This document shows, one piece after another, positions 18,190 to 28,750 of a stretch of 50,356 nt of DNA. Every line of letters begins with the position of its first letter. Positions within the stretch are counted from its first letter, which is position 1. A program made the translations under genes and the position numbers. The notes under the pieces were generated by a model, which saw only the letters and a program-made list of their open reading frames with translations, was not told the origin of the DNA and made no database searches. Source of the DNA: a virus (Duplodnaviria > Caudoviricetes); IMG/VR virus record IMGVR_UViG_3300027861_000043, positions 1 to 50,356 of that record. One strand, written 5' to 3'.

Positions 18190-18806
18190 TGGGAACCTTT
18201 ACGACTAAGAACATCGATGTTCTTGTTGCGAAGATAAAGAACAAGCCGAAGACAGTAACGAAGGCTGCTCAGAATACGGTTAATAGAGCTGCTACTTTTG
18301 CAATGCGTGAATCGATTAAATTGATTACCCGCGAAAATAATTTAAGCGTTGCATACCTAGCAGGAAAGATGGAAGTTTCAGCAAGAGCTTCCAGAACGAA
18401 TTTAAGAGCAAAAGTTAAGGCGCAAGACAGAAGGACATTGTTGAGTAGATATCCTTTTAGTGAAACCTCAGATGGTGTTAGAGTTTCAGTGAAAAGAGGT
18501 TCTAGCAAGTTCATCAAGAACGCCAAAGCAATAAAATTAAGAAGTGGTAATGGTGTCGGTATTGCTCTGAGAAATAAAGATTTTTATAGGTACTTGAAAT
18601 CAACAGTACCTATAAAATCAACTAAGCGAGCAGCCAAGACAGCGGAAGCATTAATTAAGTCAGTAGGCAAACCTCGCGGTTGGCACGTTTTACATGGAGC
18701 AAGTGTGAATCAGATGTTCACAGAGAAGCGACAAGAAATCGCGCCACAACTGAATCGGTTCATGACTAAGAATTTTTTAGAAGAATTTAAGAGATTAGAT
18801 AAGTGA
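18189..18806 (+). CDS. minor tail/neck protein (gpZ-like)
   Basis: very basic, AA..TVNRAA, LHGASV.QMF; position. Confidence 0.65.
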   Translation: MGTFTTKNIDVLVAKIKNKPKTVTKAAQNTVNRAATFAMRESIKLITRENNLSVAYLAGKMEVSARASRTNLRAKVKAQDRRTLLSRYPFSETSDGVRVSVKRGSSKFIKNAKAIKLRSGNGVGIALRNKDFYRYLKSTVPIKSTKRAAKTAEALIKSVGKPRGWHVLHGASVNQMFTEKRQEIAPQLNRFMTKNFLEEFKRLDK

Positions 18807-19267
18807 CAATAATTGATACCATAATGCAAGATGATATTATCTCTAACTTAGAGACATTAACTATTGCTGAAGGATTCACTAAAGACGTTTCAGTTTTAGA
18901 CGGATACATGGTTCATTATGCTAAAGATTTACTTGAAAGAAATGACGGTATAGGCTTTCCTTGTGTTGCGGTGCAACCACAGTCTGATAATGTTCAACCA
19001 AACCAAAGTCAAGACAAAGGGAAAGTTACAAGAATTGTAAAAGTGATTGGAGCTGTCGATGCTACTGACAAATCAAAAGTCAATGCGGATATCAACCAAT
19101 TAGTTTATGATGTGAGAAAGGTGTTATCGATTGATAAGTACGATAACAATTCAAAGGCAGAATCAATTACATTAGGTGGGGTCGAATACGCACTACCTGA
19201 TAAGCAAGAACAATATGCTTACTTTGAGATGTCAGTAAATATAAATTATGTGGAGCAATGGAAATAA
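18803..19267 (+). CDS. tail terminator protein (gpU-like)
   Basis: L..I....GF..D, FPCVAV, final INYVE; position. Confidence 0.65.
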   Translation: MTIIDTIMQDDIISNLETLTIAEGFTKDVSVLDGYMVHYAKDLLERNDGIGFPCVAVQPQSDNVQPNQSQDKGKVTRIVKVIGAVDATDKSKVNADINQLVYDVRKVLSIDKYDNNSKAESITLGGVEYALPDKQEQYAYFEMSVNINYVEQWK

Positions 19268-19587
19268 TGTTAAAAAAAATTACCCCCAACAGAAATAATT
19301 GTATTGTCAGAATTATTGACAATGAAGAAAAGATGGGACGGTTTGTTGTAGCCGACTCTGCAAAAGAGAAATCGACACTGGCCGAAGTGATGATACCGCC
19401 TGAATTTAGTTATCATCAAAATGGCGATTTAAAAGATTCTATACTTAAGGTTGGAATGACGGTAAGATTACCGAAAGGAAAGTGCGGTACGGGAATGCCT
19501 GAAGCACCGGAAGGTGAAGAATGGCTTTGTGTCGCGGAAGATGTTATTGAATATATAATCACTGAGGTACAAAACGATGGCGAATAA
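19267..19587 (+). CDS. groES: GroES/Cpn10-like co-chaperonin
   Basis: KITPNRNNCIVR, EEKMGRFVVADSAKEKST.AEV, NGD...ILKVG.TV, EEWLCVAEDVI align with GroES (IRPLHDRVIVK, ETKSAGGIVL.GSA..KST.GEV, KVGD.V, EE.LI..E.DI); TAATG-coupled start. Confidence 0.8.
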   Translation: MLKKITPNRNNCIVRIIDNEEKMGRFVVADSAKEKSTLAEVMIPPEFSYHQNGDLKDSILKVGMTVRLPKGKCGTGMPEAPEGEEWLCVAEDVIEYIITEVQNDGE

Positions 19588-19807
19588 TAAACCCGAAACT
19601 CCTGAAGTTGAAACTCCTGAAGTCGAAACTCCTGAAGTCGAAGAAAAAATTTCAAACCCTAAAGAAAAAATTTCAAACCCTAAAGAAAAAGTAGTGAAGT
19701 TTTGTGAGCGATGTATGTTCGCAGGGAAAGAAATGAACAAAGGCGATGTACTCACCGTAACTAACGACCAAGCCAAAGGTTTAAAAGCCCGAAAGCTGAT
19801 TAAGTAA
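19577..19807 (+). CDS. small protein with tandem repeats
   Basis: (ETPEV)x3 and (EKISNPK)x2, then a short KGD.L.V...QA..L....LI module. Confidence 0.7.
   Translation: MANNKPETPEVETPEVETPEVEEKISNPKEKISNPKEKVVKFCERCMFAGKEMNKGDVLTVTNDQAKGLKARKLIK
19595..19690 (+). repeat. tandem repeats 15 bp x3 and 21 bp x2+
   Basis: GAAACTCCTGAAGTY x3; RAAGAAAAAATTTCAAACCCT x2. Confidence 0.9.
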
Positions 19808-19841
19808 TTTTAATTTTTTTAACCATTAAGAGGATAGACCG

Positions 19842-20576
19842 ATGCCAAGCTATTTAGGTAAAGGAACAATTTACGTTGAAGAAGTAGGAGCCAACAAAGG
19901 TCTTCTTTCTCTGGGTAATTGTTCAGAATTAAACCTTGCCTTCAATGAAGACAAGAAAGAACAGAAAGATTTTGAAGATGCCGGTGGAGCAGTAATTGAT
20001 ACCGTATCTCGAATCGATTCAGTAGTTGCCTCTGTAACTGCATTAAATCTATCTGCTGACAATGTTGCTCTTGCCCTTCGAGGTATTGTGAATGCTGTTG
20101 CCGGTGGAGCCGTTTCTGCGGAACCTCAAACTGCGTATGACTTAGCATTCATTCCGTTTGATACGTTGCCCGATATGGACCAATCCGTTACAGTCAATGG
20201 TTCAGGTGGTACACCAACTTATGTTGCCGGTACTGATTATGAACTGAAGAACGGCGGTATTAAGATTGTTGCCGGTTCAGGTATTGCAGATGCAACCGCT
20301 CTTGAAATTGACTATACTACCGCAGCATCTTATGATGTTGAAGGTCTAGCTGCTTCAGGAAAAGAATACAGAGTTGTATTTGATGGATTGAACGAAGCAG
20401 ATAGCGGTAAGCCTGTACTGGTTACTTGTCATCGAGTGAAGTTTAACCCAACTCAAGCATTAGCTTTGATTTCAGATGAGTTTGCTGATTTACCTTTATC
20501 TTTCGATATTCTGAAAGATACAAGTATTGTTGGCGCTACCAAGTCGAAGTTTGTTAAAATTCAGGTTAATCAATAA
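19842..20576 (+). CDS. major tail tube protein
   Basis: SYLGKG.IY, LGNCSEL, GLNEADSGKPV.V, LALISDEF; GAGG RBS; followed by terminator. Confidence 0.85.
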   Translation: MPSYLGKGTIYVEEVGANKGLLSLGNCSELNLAFNEDKKEQKDFEDAGGAVIDTVSRIDSVVASVTALNLSADNVALALRGIVNAVAGGAVSAEPQTAYDLAFIPFDTLPDMDQSVTVNGSGGTPTYVAGTDYELKNGGIKIVAGSGIADATALEIDYTTAASYDVEGLAASGKEYRVVFDGLNEADSGKPVLVTCHRVKFNPTQALALISDEFADLPLSFDILKDTSIVGATKSKFVKIQVNQ

Positions 20577-20606
20577 TTATTAATTTACCTCAATTTTTAT
20601 ACTGAG

Positions 20607-20634
20607 AAAGGGGTATTAATTTACCCCTTTTTTT
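20607..20634 (+). terminator. rho-independent terminator between tail tube and tape measure
   Basis: AAAGGGGTA-ttaatt-TACCCCTTT then TTTT. Confidence 0.8.
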
Positions 20635-20647
20635 ATGGAGAAATGTA

Positions 20648-23600
20648 ATGCCTATCAGTGAAGAAATCGTAGAACTCATAATTGACGCTAAGAACCTTTC
20701 AGATAAAGAATTGAGAGAAGCGGCAGTAAGTCTTGAAAAGCTAGGCAAGACAGCGGACAAAACCGAAAAAGAATTAGACCAACTAACCATTAGTCAGAAG
20801 AACCTTGAACGGTTCATAGAACTCGAAAACACTATTAGAGCTTTAAGTGTTGAGACTGCGAAGTCTGAAGTGAGAAATAAAGAATACGCTAAAAGCGTTA
20901 ATGCTACCGGTGAAGCAACTGAGTCACAACGAATTCAAATAATCAATAATCGAAAAGCATTATCTGAACAAAACAAAGCCCTTAGAAGTCAACAAAAAGA
21001 ATATAAGACATTAGAGGAAACATTAAAATCAGCCGGTGTTAATACTCGGACGTTCAATGCTAGTCTGAAAAAAACTAGAGAAGAATTGACTAAGAATGAA
21101 TTAAAACTTAAAAACATCAACAAGCAATATTCTCAATCTGTTTCGTCGTTGAAGAAATTAACTGCTGCTGAAAAAGAAGCACAAGCAATCCAGAAACAAA
21201 TCAATCAAGAAAAGAAAGAATCTGCTGAAGCAGACTTGCGAGCCAGAAATGAAATTCGCAGAGTCAATAAAGCAATTAAAGATTATGAGATTGAATTACG
21301 AAAATTAAACAAACAATTACGACAAGGTAAAATTAGTAAGGCTGATTTCATTGCAGGGGAAAAACGACTAAGGACTCAGTTGAAATTAACTGAGCTTCAA
21401 GTTAAAAGAACTAATGCCGCATTGACCTCTGAAGGCTCTCCTTTCAAAAAACGAATCAAGAGTACGGATGCACTAACTAAAGTCACCAGAAGACTAGCGC
21501 AAGCCTACACAGTGGTTATTGCTGCTCAGAAGGCGGCAGCAGCAGTTGGTGCTTCAGTAAAAGGGTATGGCGAATTAGAAGCAGCAGTTACTAAGGTTGA
21601 GAAAACTACTAGTCTCACTAAAGACCAATTGCAAGGAATGACTGAACAGCTTCAAATAATGGCAAAAGATGTTACGCCAACTGCTGCTAATGAGTTGTTA
21701 AGATATGCTGAAATTGCAGGACAGTTAGGCGCTGAAGGTTCGGAAGATATTCTGAGAATCGCAGCAGCCGCAGATGCCCTTCAATTATCTACAGATTTAG
21801 CCGGTGATGAAGCAGTAACTTTATTATCTAGAATGCTTAAAATGACTCAGGAAGGATTACCTGCAATTGATAATCTTTCATCGAGCATTGTTGAATTAGG
21901 TAACACATTCGCAGCCAGTGAAAGCGAAATAACCCAGATGACTAAAGAAGTCATAACAGGTACTACCTCCATTAATTTAGGTTCAGCAGCAGCAGCCGGT
22001 TTCGCGGCAACATTAAAAGAGATGGGTCAGACAGGAGAGCGTTCGCGTTCTTCACTATTCAAAATGTCTCAAGCAATAAAATCTGCTGCTGTGAATGGTG
22101 GTGAAGATTTAAAAAATCTTGCAGCCATCACTAAATTAACTGGTGAAGAAATAGATGAAGCATTAGGTGAAAAACCAGAACAGGTTTTAATTGCGTTCGT
22201 AGAAGGTCTGAAGAAAGTAAAAGATGAAGGTGGTTTAGTATCTCAAGAGCTTCAGAAATTTGGAATTACTGGTGTTGAAGCAACTAGCGTTATCGAAGTA
22301 TTAGCTGACCAGACAGACAGACTTAAAGAAGCAGTTAGCGCGTCAAGTCAAGCTTATGCTGACGGTGATAAACACATCAAGGAAGCAATCAAAGCTTACG
22401 CGAATCAAGATGCTAAAATTGGAAGATTGGCAAATAAGTTTACTGAACTTAAAACCAAAGTAGGTGAAGCTTTTGCTGACGAAACCAATCAAGCGGTAGA
22501 TGCCCTTAGTGGAGCTTTAGATGGTCAGTCAGAGAATGTGATTGTCCTTGCTGAAAATATGGCTGACTTAGGTGAAGGGATATTTGAAGTGTTACAGCAG
22601 ATGGAAGAATGGGCTGAATCAATAGGAATATTCGATGCTGTAGGATTTGTATTATTAAACATCAAAAAAGCATTCAACGATATTCAAATCTTGATTGACC
22701 AGAACACAATTAGAATTTTGGAATTCAGAAAAGTTTGGAATGCACTATGGAGAGATTCGGAAGAATTTATAGAACTAACACAAAGACAGGAAGAACTTGA
22801 AGAACGAATTGCAGGCAATAGAAAAGACAGAGCAAATGCTGTTGCTCGGTTGAACGGGCAAAGTTCAGCAAGCTACGAAGATTTATTAGAAGTCGTTGAG
22901 AAGAATGCCGATGCAGTATCTCGATTAAGCGATGAAGAAAAAGAACAGATAGAAAACGCGACGAAACTTTTAGGGTTCAAAGAAAACACCGATGCTGCGT
23001 ATAGAAAATTAACTGCTTCCATTATTGAGCAGGTTAGAAATCTAGAAGCCGAAGAAGCACTGAAGAAAAAAATATCCAATGAAGAAAAAGCCATTACTGA
23101 GGCTCAAGAAAAACGAGTTTCACAGCAGAGAAAATTAAACGCTCTGACTATTGAGGCTGTGAGAAACAACGGAGACCTTGAAGGTAAGCTGAATGCTTTG
23201 AAACTTTCTGTTGAAGAAGGTTACATTACTTGGGATGAGTATTTAGAAAAACAAAAACAAGTAATGGACGCTAAGAAAGCTGCTATTCCAATCATAAAGG
23301 AAATTGCAGAAAAAACTAAAGATACAGCAGTAGCCAATGAAGAAGCCAGTAAGTCAGCACAAGGACTGGTTGATTCTATTCGGGAACAGAAAAAAGAAAT
23401 AAGCGACCTTCGAGGTGAACTTAAAGCAACATCTCGAAACGCAAAAGAATATGCTGATGTTCAAAGGGAGCTTGCGAGGGCAACTAAGCAATTAGTTGAA
23501 GATGAAAAAGAGTTAGCTACAACTCGCAAGCTAGAAAAGAAAACTTTGAATGAGTTATTCATCATTCAATCTGCACATCTTTTAGAAGTTCAAAAATTAG

Positions 23601-24658
23601 ACGCTGCGTATAAGGCGGGAAGAATTTCAGTTGAAGAATACAAAATAAAATCTGAAGAACTTTCATTTAAAACTAAATTTCTGAACGATGCGATTGGTGA
23701 AAATACTTCTATAATTGAGAGGAATGCAGAAACTTTAGATGAAGGAAATGACGTACTTCAAGAACGAATAAAATTAATGAGAGAGTGGTTAGGATTGGAC
23801 TCTCCCGAAGAAGATGATGATATTGATGATACTGAGGAAATGGCACAGGCAGTTTCATTATGGGCTATCGCTCAGAATCGATTGAATAAAGAATTAGATT
23901 TCACTGATTTAACCATTGATGAATTGAAAGAGGCATCTAAGGAGCTTAACAAAGAATGGAAGCACGTTAGAACAACAGCCGGTGGATGGTGGGATGATTT
24001 AAAGCGACTCAATAATGAAGCTGTTCGACGAGAGCAGAGCATCATTAAAGAAACGATTCAACTAAAGAAGCTAGAAGAACAAGTTGCCAGTGGTTCATTA
24101 ACCATGAGGGAGCTTGACAGGGCTGCTAAAAGTGCTGTATTCAGTTTCAAAGCATTAGGTGATGAACAGCTTGCTCCATTAAGGGCTGCTATACGCGCTG
24201 CTAAGGCTGAGTTTCAAGACCTATCAGATACTATCAATGATTCGTTTGCTGACGTTGAAGACCGGTTAGACGCGATTCTCGGTAACGAACAGGACATTGT
24301 TAAGCGAAAATTCAAACGTGAAATGGATGAGCTGTTAGAATTGCTTGATAGAGCTAAAGAATCAGGCGATAATAAATTAATCCAGAAAATCAATGAAGCC
24401 ATTAGAAGTCTAAAGAAAGCACAAGATTTAGAGTTTAAAGATCAGTTTGGAACGAACAACACTCGTTCAGCAACACAGCAACAAGAAACCCCATCTACCG
24501 GCATAGGTGGTGGACCTTCATCTGCTCAAATTGTCACTGTAAATCTTAATTTTGCAGGAACGACAAGTTCATTTAATTTTGCCGACCAAGCAAGTGCAGA
24601 TTCATTTATTGCTGCAATGGAATCATTACAAGAAATTAATTCACAAGGTATAGGCTAA
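20648..24658 (+). CDS. tail tape measure protein
   Basis: 1336 aa, helical/coiled-coil, TP901-type core (V.KTT, AE.AGQLG, LGN.FAASESEI). Confidence 0.92.
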   Translation: MPISEEIVELIIDAKNLSDKELREAAVSLEKLGKTADKTEKELDQLTISQKNLERFIELENTIRALSVETAKSEVRNKEYAKSVNATGEATESQRIQIINNRKALSEQNKALRSQQKEYKTLEETLKSAGVNTRTFNASLKKTREELTKNELKLKNINKQYSQSVSSLKKLTAAEKEAQAIQKQINQEKKESAEADLRARNEIRRVNKAIKDYEIELRKLNKQLRQGKISKADFIAGEKRLRTQLKLTELQVKRTNAALTSEGSPFKKRIKSTDALTKVTRRLAQAYTVVIAAQKAAAAVGASVKGYGELEAAVTKVEKTTSLTKDQLQGMTEQLQIMAKDVTPTAANELLRYAEIAGQLGAEGSEDILRIAAAADALQLSTDLAGDEAVTLLSRMLKMTQEGLPAIDNLSSSIVELGNTFAASESEITQMTKEVITGTTSINLGSAAAAGFAATLKEMGQTGERSRSSLFKMSQAIKSAAVNGGEDLKNLAAITKLTGEEIDEALGEKPEQVLIAFVEGLKKVKDEGGLVSQELQKFGITGVEATSVIEVLADQTDRLKEAVSASSQAYADGDKHIKEAIKAYANQDAKIGRLANKFTELKTKVGEAFADETNQAVDALSGALDGQSENVIVLAENMADLGEGIFEVLQQMEEWAESIGIFDAVGFVLLNIKKAFNDIQILIDQNTIRILEFRKVWNALWRDSEEFIELTQRQEELEERIAGNRKDRANAVARLNGQSSASYEDLLEVVEKNADAVSRLSDEEKEQIENATKLLGFKENTDAAYRKLTASIIEQVRNLEAEEALKKKISNEEKAITEAQEKRVSQQRKLNALTIEAVRNNGDLEGKLNALKLSVEEGYITWDEYLEKQKQVMDAKKAAIPIIKEIAEKTKDTAVANEEASKSAQGLVDSIREQKKEISDLRGELKATSRNAKEYADVQRELARATKQLVEDEKELATTRKLEKKTLNELFIIQSAHLLEVQKLDAAYKAGRISVEEYKIKSEELSFKTKFLNDAIGENTSIIERNAETLDEGNDVLQERIKLMREWLGLDSPEEDDDIDDTEEMAQAVSLWAIAQNRLNKELDFTDLTIDELKEASKELNKEWKHVRTTAGGWWDDLKRLNNEAVRREQSIIKETIQLKKLEEQVASGSLTMRELDRAAKSAVFSFKALGDEQLAPLRAAIRAAKAEFQDLSDTINDSFADVEDRLDAILGNEQDIVKRKFKREMDELLELLDRAKESGDNKLIQKINEAIRSLKKAQDLEFKDQFGTNNTRSATQQQETPSTGIGGGPSSAQIVTVNLNFAGTTSSFNFADQASADSFIAAMESLQEINSQGIG

Positions 24659-25047
24659 TGACATTAGATGACGGTTCAACGACGATAACCCTGCCTGACT
24701 CAATGGAATGGTCAGATGAATTTGAATGGTCAGATGTCAAGCAGGAGATAACTAAGACGATTGGCGGGGGAATGGTGGTTGAAGAAGCCACAGTTGCCGC
24801 AGGAAGGCCGATTACATTAGTTTCAGGCGAACAGGTGTGGGTACTCAAATCAGTCTTAGATTCGCTTCTAACGCTGATTAACACCGTCGATAAGACATAC
24901 ACTCTGACCATGCCTGATTTAAGCACCCACACAGTTATATTTGACAGAACTTCAGGTTCGCCCTATAGTGCAAAACCAGTTTGGCGAAAATTCACTCATG
25001 AAGCTACTGATTATTTTACGCTAACCCTCAGACTGACAAAGGTTTAA
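24658..25047 (+). CDS. distal tail-type protein
   Basis: LP....W.DEF.W, GRPITL; directly after TMP. Confidence 0.7.
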   Translation: MTLDDGSTTITLPDSMEWSDEFEWSDVKQEITKTIGGGMVVEEATVAAGRPITLVSGEQVWVLKSVLDSLLTLINTVDKTYTLTMPDLSTHTVIFDRTSGSPYSAKPVWRKFTHEATDYFTLTLRLTKV

Positions 25048-25048
25048 C

Positions 25049-28000
25049 ATGACAATTTTAAATAATGATATCAAGATTTATCAAGCCCAAGACAATACCG
25101 ATAATGATTCTGGGGGCGGTAGTCGAACCTCAGTTGAGATTGTCGATGGCGATGTTAATAACCTATTTCCAGACATTTCCCGTATCGACACCGTATCAGG
25201 TGATGTGTCTCTTAGAAAAGTATTCCCAACAGTAGTCACAACCAATCGAGATTTATACTACGGCGCTCACGCTATGATTCGTAAGAATCCTACTGATGCG
25301 AATGTCAGTGCGTTATTATTTCATACTGATAGTCCTCACGATAAACGAATTGAGGCTCAAGACAAAATCGAGTCGTATGTGATTGCTAGTTATGAGGAAG
25401 AATTTTATCTTTACGGTAATCATGTAGCAGGAGCGAAATCGGTAACGTGGTTGCAGCTAATTACATCTACACCTCCTTCAGTTGGTGAAATTTATATGCT
25501 TCGTGATGCAGACAATGTGACCGAACAATTCGTTCGTGTTTCAAGTGTTGATTCGCAAAACATTAATTTAGTTCACACAACCGGAAGCAATAATCCAATT
25601 ACTTACACTCGACGAAGAATTATTTGCGAAATTGAACAACCGTTAGATGTTGCTTTTGTCGGTTCTGATTTCGCACCTTCAGGTCAGCAAGCAAATACTG
25701 CAACAACTTTTGCTACTCAGATTGCCGATGCTGCAAAATTCTACGGAACAAAAACTTTAGATGTTAATGCAACCAATGGGGACCAAGTAATTACGGTTGA
25801 TAGCATTTATGAACAAGTTGTTCCTGCCTCTGTCACTCAAACACCAATCGTAAACGCTGATGCAGTTGTCGATGGTTTAGCAATATTGCCGACCGGAAAA
25901 ACAGTCAGTATCACATTGACTGGTGCGACATTGAATGCTGGTGATACAGTCAGCCTTCCTCATGCTGTTGTTCCTAATTCCATGACTCAAGTTTTGAATT
26001 CAAACTATGGTGATGACGGAATAGGAAACATTATTCAAATTTCTTCCGGTAATATCTACGGTACGATTGATTATAAAACCGGCATAATGGTGTTCACCGA
26101 TAATCTTGGCACAGGTGGTACAGCAGAATATGAAATCGCTAATGCGATGGAGGCTGCTACAGAATTCACTAATGGCACTTTAATTACTCAAGGTAATCAG
26201 AATTTAGTTTATGTTCAAAATTTAAGTCCTCGCCCTTCTCAAACTGATTTATATATTGACTATCGAAGTAACGGTAAGTGGTATCGAATCACATCAAACG
26301 CTGACGGAACTTTAGGTCAAGATGCAAACATTGGAGCAGGAACAGTTTCAGACAATGGAGATGGCACAGGAACAGTTTCATTAACTTTAGGTGCAATTCC
26401 CGACATTGATTCAACTATTATTTATTCTTGGGGTTCTGCTGATAGATTTACTCATCACGTAGAAGAACGAACAATCAATAGTCAGACAACTACCATTCCT
26501 GAAATTTCTACTCGATACATTAAAATAGATTTAGCTGACGGAGACATTGACCCTCTGACTTTTGTAATGCAGCTATATGATGTTACGGATAGCGCACTAG
26601 TAAATATTACAGCAGACATTGAAGGTAATTTGATTGATGCTTCAGCTACTAGAGCGATATCAGGGGAATTGGATTTTGTTAATGGAACTGTCTACATTGA
26701 AGATGTCAGTAGTAGTTCGAGATTTCCAAATCTTCAGGCTGTCGGTCAGAACATTATTATTGATTACGATACTCTCACTACGGCTGTTTCTGACCCCCAT
26801 GAAATAAAAGCAAATATTGCTAGTAAAACTCCTACCGGTGGAGAAGTGACTGCTTCAGAAGACACTGGAACAGGAACAATTACATTTAATCTTGGTGAAG
26901 CAATCACTGACAGAGCTTCAGTGATTATTAGTATGCCGATTGTAACTTCAGAATTTAATGATTGGGGTGGTGTAACACCATCATATCGAGGCATTGAATA
27001 TGAGTTACTTTTACGCTCTGATGCAGCAGGTAATTTACACCATGTAGGTGCAACTATCTACGGTGTGATTACTGGAACAGTTGCGTTAAATGGTGACGTA
27101 TCAATCACATTAATTAAAAACACTCATCGAGAAAATAATCCTGCTTACGCTGGTTCTTTCGGAAGTGAGCCAAAGTATTTAACCATTACTGATTCTTACT
27201 ACACTATTGCTGATATGGATTTTAGTTTTCAATATCGCGTTGATGCGCCTCTTGGTGGAGTAACGCGAACAGCGGCAACTCAGGTTGACGATACTGCTGA
27301 AAATTTATTGAAGTACGTCATTAATGCAGTTGGTGGAATCACCGGAGAAGTCGCTTTCAATTTCTTAGTTCAAACTACAACCAGTGAAACTTATTTATTC
27401 TACAGTGAAGGTAGTAATATTTATCATGATTATGATGCGGCAACAGGTGTTGGAATTCAGGTAGGGAGCATTGTCAAGAATACAGGTGTCATCACTTTAG
27501 ATTATATGTTTAAGCCAAGTACAATGTATTTAGATTTCCAAGCGTTATTCACTGATGAAGTTGAAATAGTTGAGTACGATACGGGAACTTATACTGCTCC
27601 GTTTAGAAATGTTGTTTTCAAGACAGCAGCAACCAAGTTATCAACCGGTAGTTTTCAACTGAGATATGAGTCAGAAAATGGTTCTCAATCGGCAACGACT
27701 GATGCCAACGGTGTAATTACCGGAACTGACATTGACTCAGGGACTTCTTATGTTGATTCAATAACCGGCATGGCTTCAATTGATTTCACAGCAGATGTAT
27801 TAGCTCAAAGTTTAAGATACGATGCGGTTGCTGAATCGTCACTACCTCTTGACCCTGACCTACTCGGATTGGACCCTGTTAGATTACCGATAGATGGTCG
27901 TGTACCGGTTTTCACAGCAGGAGGGCATATTGTTATATTCAATGAGGTAACTACTGCTACGACAAACGCCACACCTCTTGCTGACGATGTAGAGACATTA

Positions 28001-28750
28001 GCTCGGTCAGGACAGGCGTACATTGAAGTAATCGATGTTAATGGTAAACGATTAGACCCTACTCAATATGTTGCAGATAAAGTCGCAGGAACAGTTACTT
28101 TCAATAATCCTTTAACTCTTGAAGATAAATATGCGGTTGCTCTTACCGGACCATTTTCAGTAGTTGATAGAATCGAAGATATGTTGCTTGCAACTGAAGT
28201 ACAAATCAACGGTTTGATTTCCCTTTCTGCGCCTCTTGCTCACGATTATACTGCGGGCATAACTAAGGTTGCCAGTAGTCTCGTTTGGGGTGATACCGGC
28301 GCAAGAGTTTATAATTATTTCTCTCAGGAAATTTGGGATAGTGGTAATCCTGCATGGTCAGATGTCCTTATAGGTGACCCAACGACTTCACAATATGATG
28401 AAATCAATTATCCAATTCAAACTGACAACCAGTCAAGCACCTCCGGTCGATGGGCTATAATTTTCAAAAGCACAACCACAGTTGATGTCGTAGAAGAAAA
28501 GCTTGGAGTGGTTGAAGCAGGGGTGAGTATTTCAGTTGATGATGTTGCCCCAATTAATCCTGCTACCGGCAATCCTTATTTCACAATGGATAAAGATGGA
28601 TTCGGCGCAGGTTGGGTGACTAATAATGTTATCAGAATTAATACAGATTCAGGCGATAACAATATGTGGGTTATCCGAACAGTTAAGTCGGGCGCACTCA
28701 CTGAGTCAATCGACGATATTGTTCTTGAAATCAGGGGAGATGCTAACTAA
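25049..28750 (+). CDS. large tail tip/baseplate protein
   Basis: DIK...Q..TD...GGG, NNLFPDISR.D...G.V.LRK, LGLDPVRLP.DGRVP, APINP.TG.PYF, RGDAN end. Confidence 0.8.
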   Translation: MTILNNDIKIYQAQDNTDNDSGGGSRTSVEIVDGDVNNLFPDISRIDTVSGDVSLRKVFPTVVTTNRDLYYGAHAMIRKNPTDANVSALLFHTDSPHDKRIEAQDKIESYVIASYEEEFYLYGNHVAGAKSVTWLQLITSTPPSVGEIYMLRDADNVTEQFVRVSSVDSQNINLVHTTGSNNPITYTRRRIICEIEQPLDVAFVGSDFAPSGQQANTATTFATQIADAAKFYGTKTLDVNATNGDQVITVDSIYEQVVPASVTQTPIVNADAVVDGLAILPTGKTVSITLTGATLNAGDTVSLPHAVVPNSMTQVLNSNYGDDGIGNIIQISSGNIYGTIDYKTGIMVFTDNLGTGGTAEYEIANAMEAATEFTNGTLITQGNQNLVYVQNLSPRPSQTDLYIDYRSNGKWYRITSNADGTLGQDANIGAGTVSDNGDGTGTVSLTLGAIPDIDSTIIYSWGSADRFTHHVEERTINSQTTTIPEISTRYIKIDLADGDIDPLTFVMQLYDVTDSALVNITADIEGNLIDASATRAISGELDFVNGTVYIEDVSSSSRFPNLQAVGQNIIIDYDTLTTAVSDPHEIKANIASKTPTGGEVTASEDTGTGTITFNLGEAITDRASVIISMPIVTSEFNDWGGVTPSYRGIEYELLLRSDAAGNLHHVGATIYGVITGTVALNGDVSITLIKNTHRENNPAYAGSFGSEPKYLTITDSYYTIADMDFSFQYRVDAPLGGVTRTAATQVDDTAENLLKYVINAVGGITGEVAFNFLVQTTTSETYLFYSEGSNIYHDYDAATGVGIQVGSIVKNTGVITLDYMFKPSTMYLDFQALFTDEVEIVEYDTGTYTAPFRNVVFKTAATKLSTGSFQLRYESENGSQSATTDANGVITGTDIDSGTSYVDSITGMASIDFTADVLAQSLRYDAVAESSLPLDPDLLGLDPVRLPIDGRVPVFTAGGHIVIFNEVTTATTNATPLADDVETLARSGQAYIEVIDVNGKRLDPTQYVADKVAGTVTFNNPLTLEDKYAVALTGPFSVVDRIEDMLLATEVQINGLISLSAPLAHDYTAGITKVASSLVWGDTGARVYNYFSQEIWDSGNPAWSDVLIGDPTTSQYDEINYPIQTDNQSSTSGRWAIIFKSTTTVDVVEEKLGVVEAGVSISVDDVAPINPATGNPYFTMDKDGFGAGWVTNNVIRINTDSGDNNMWVIRTVKSGALTESIDDIVLEIRGDAN

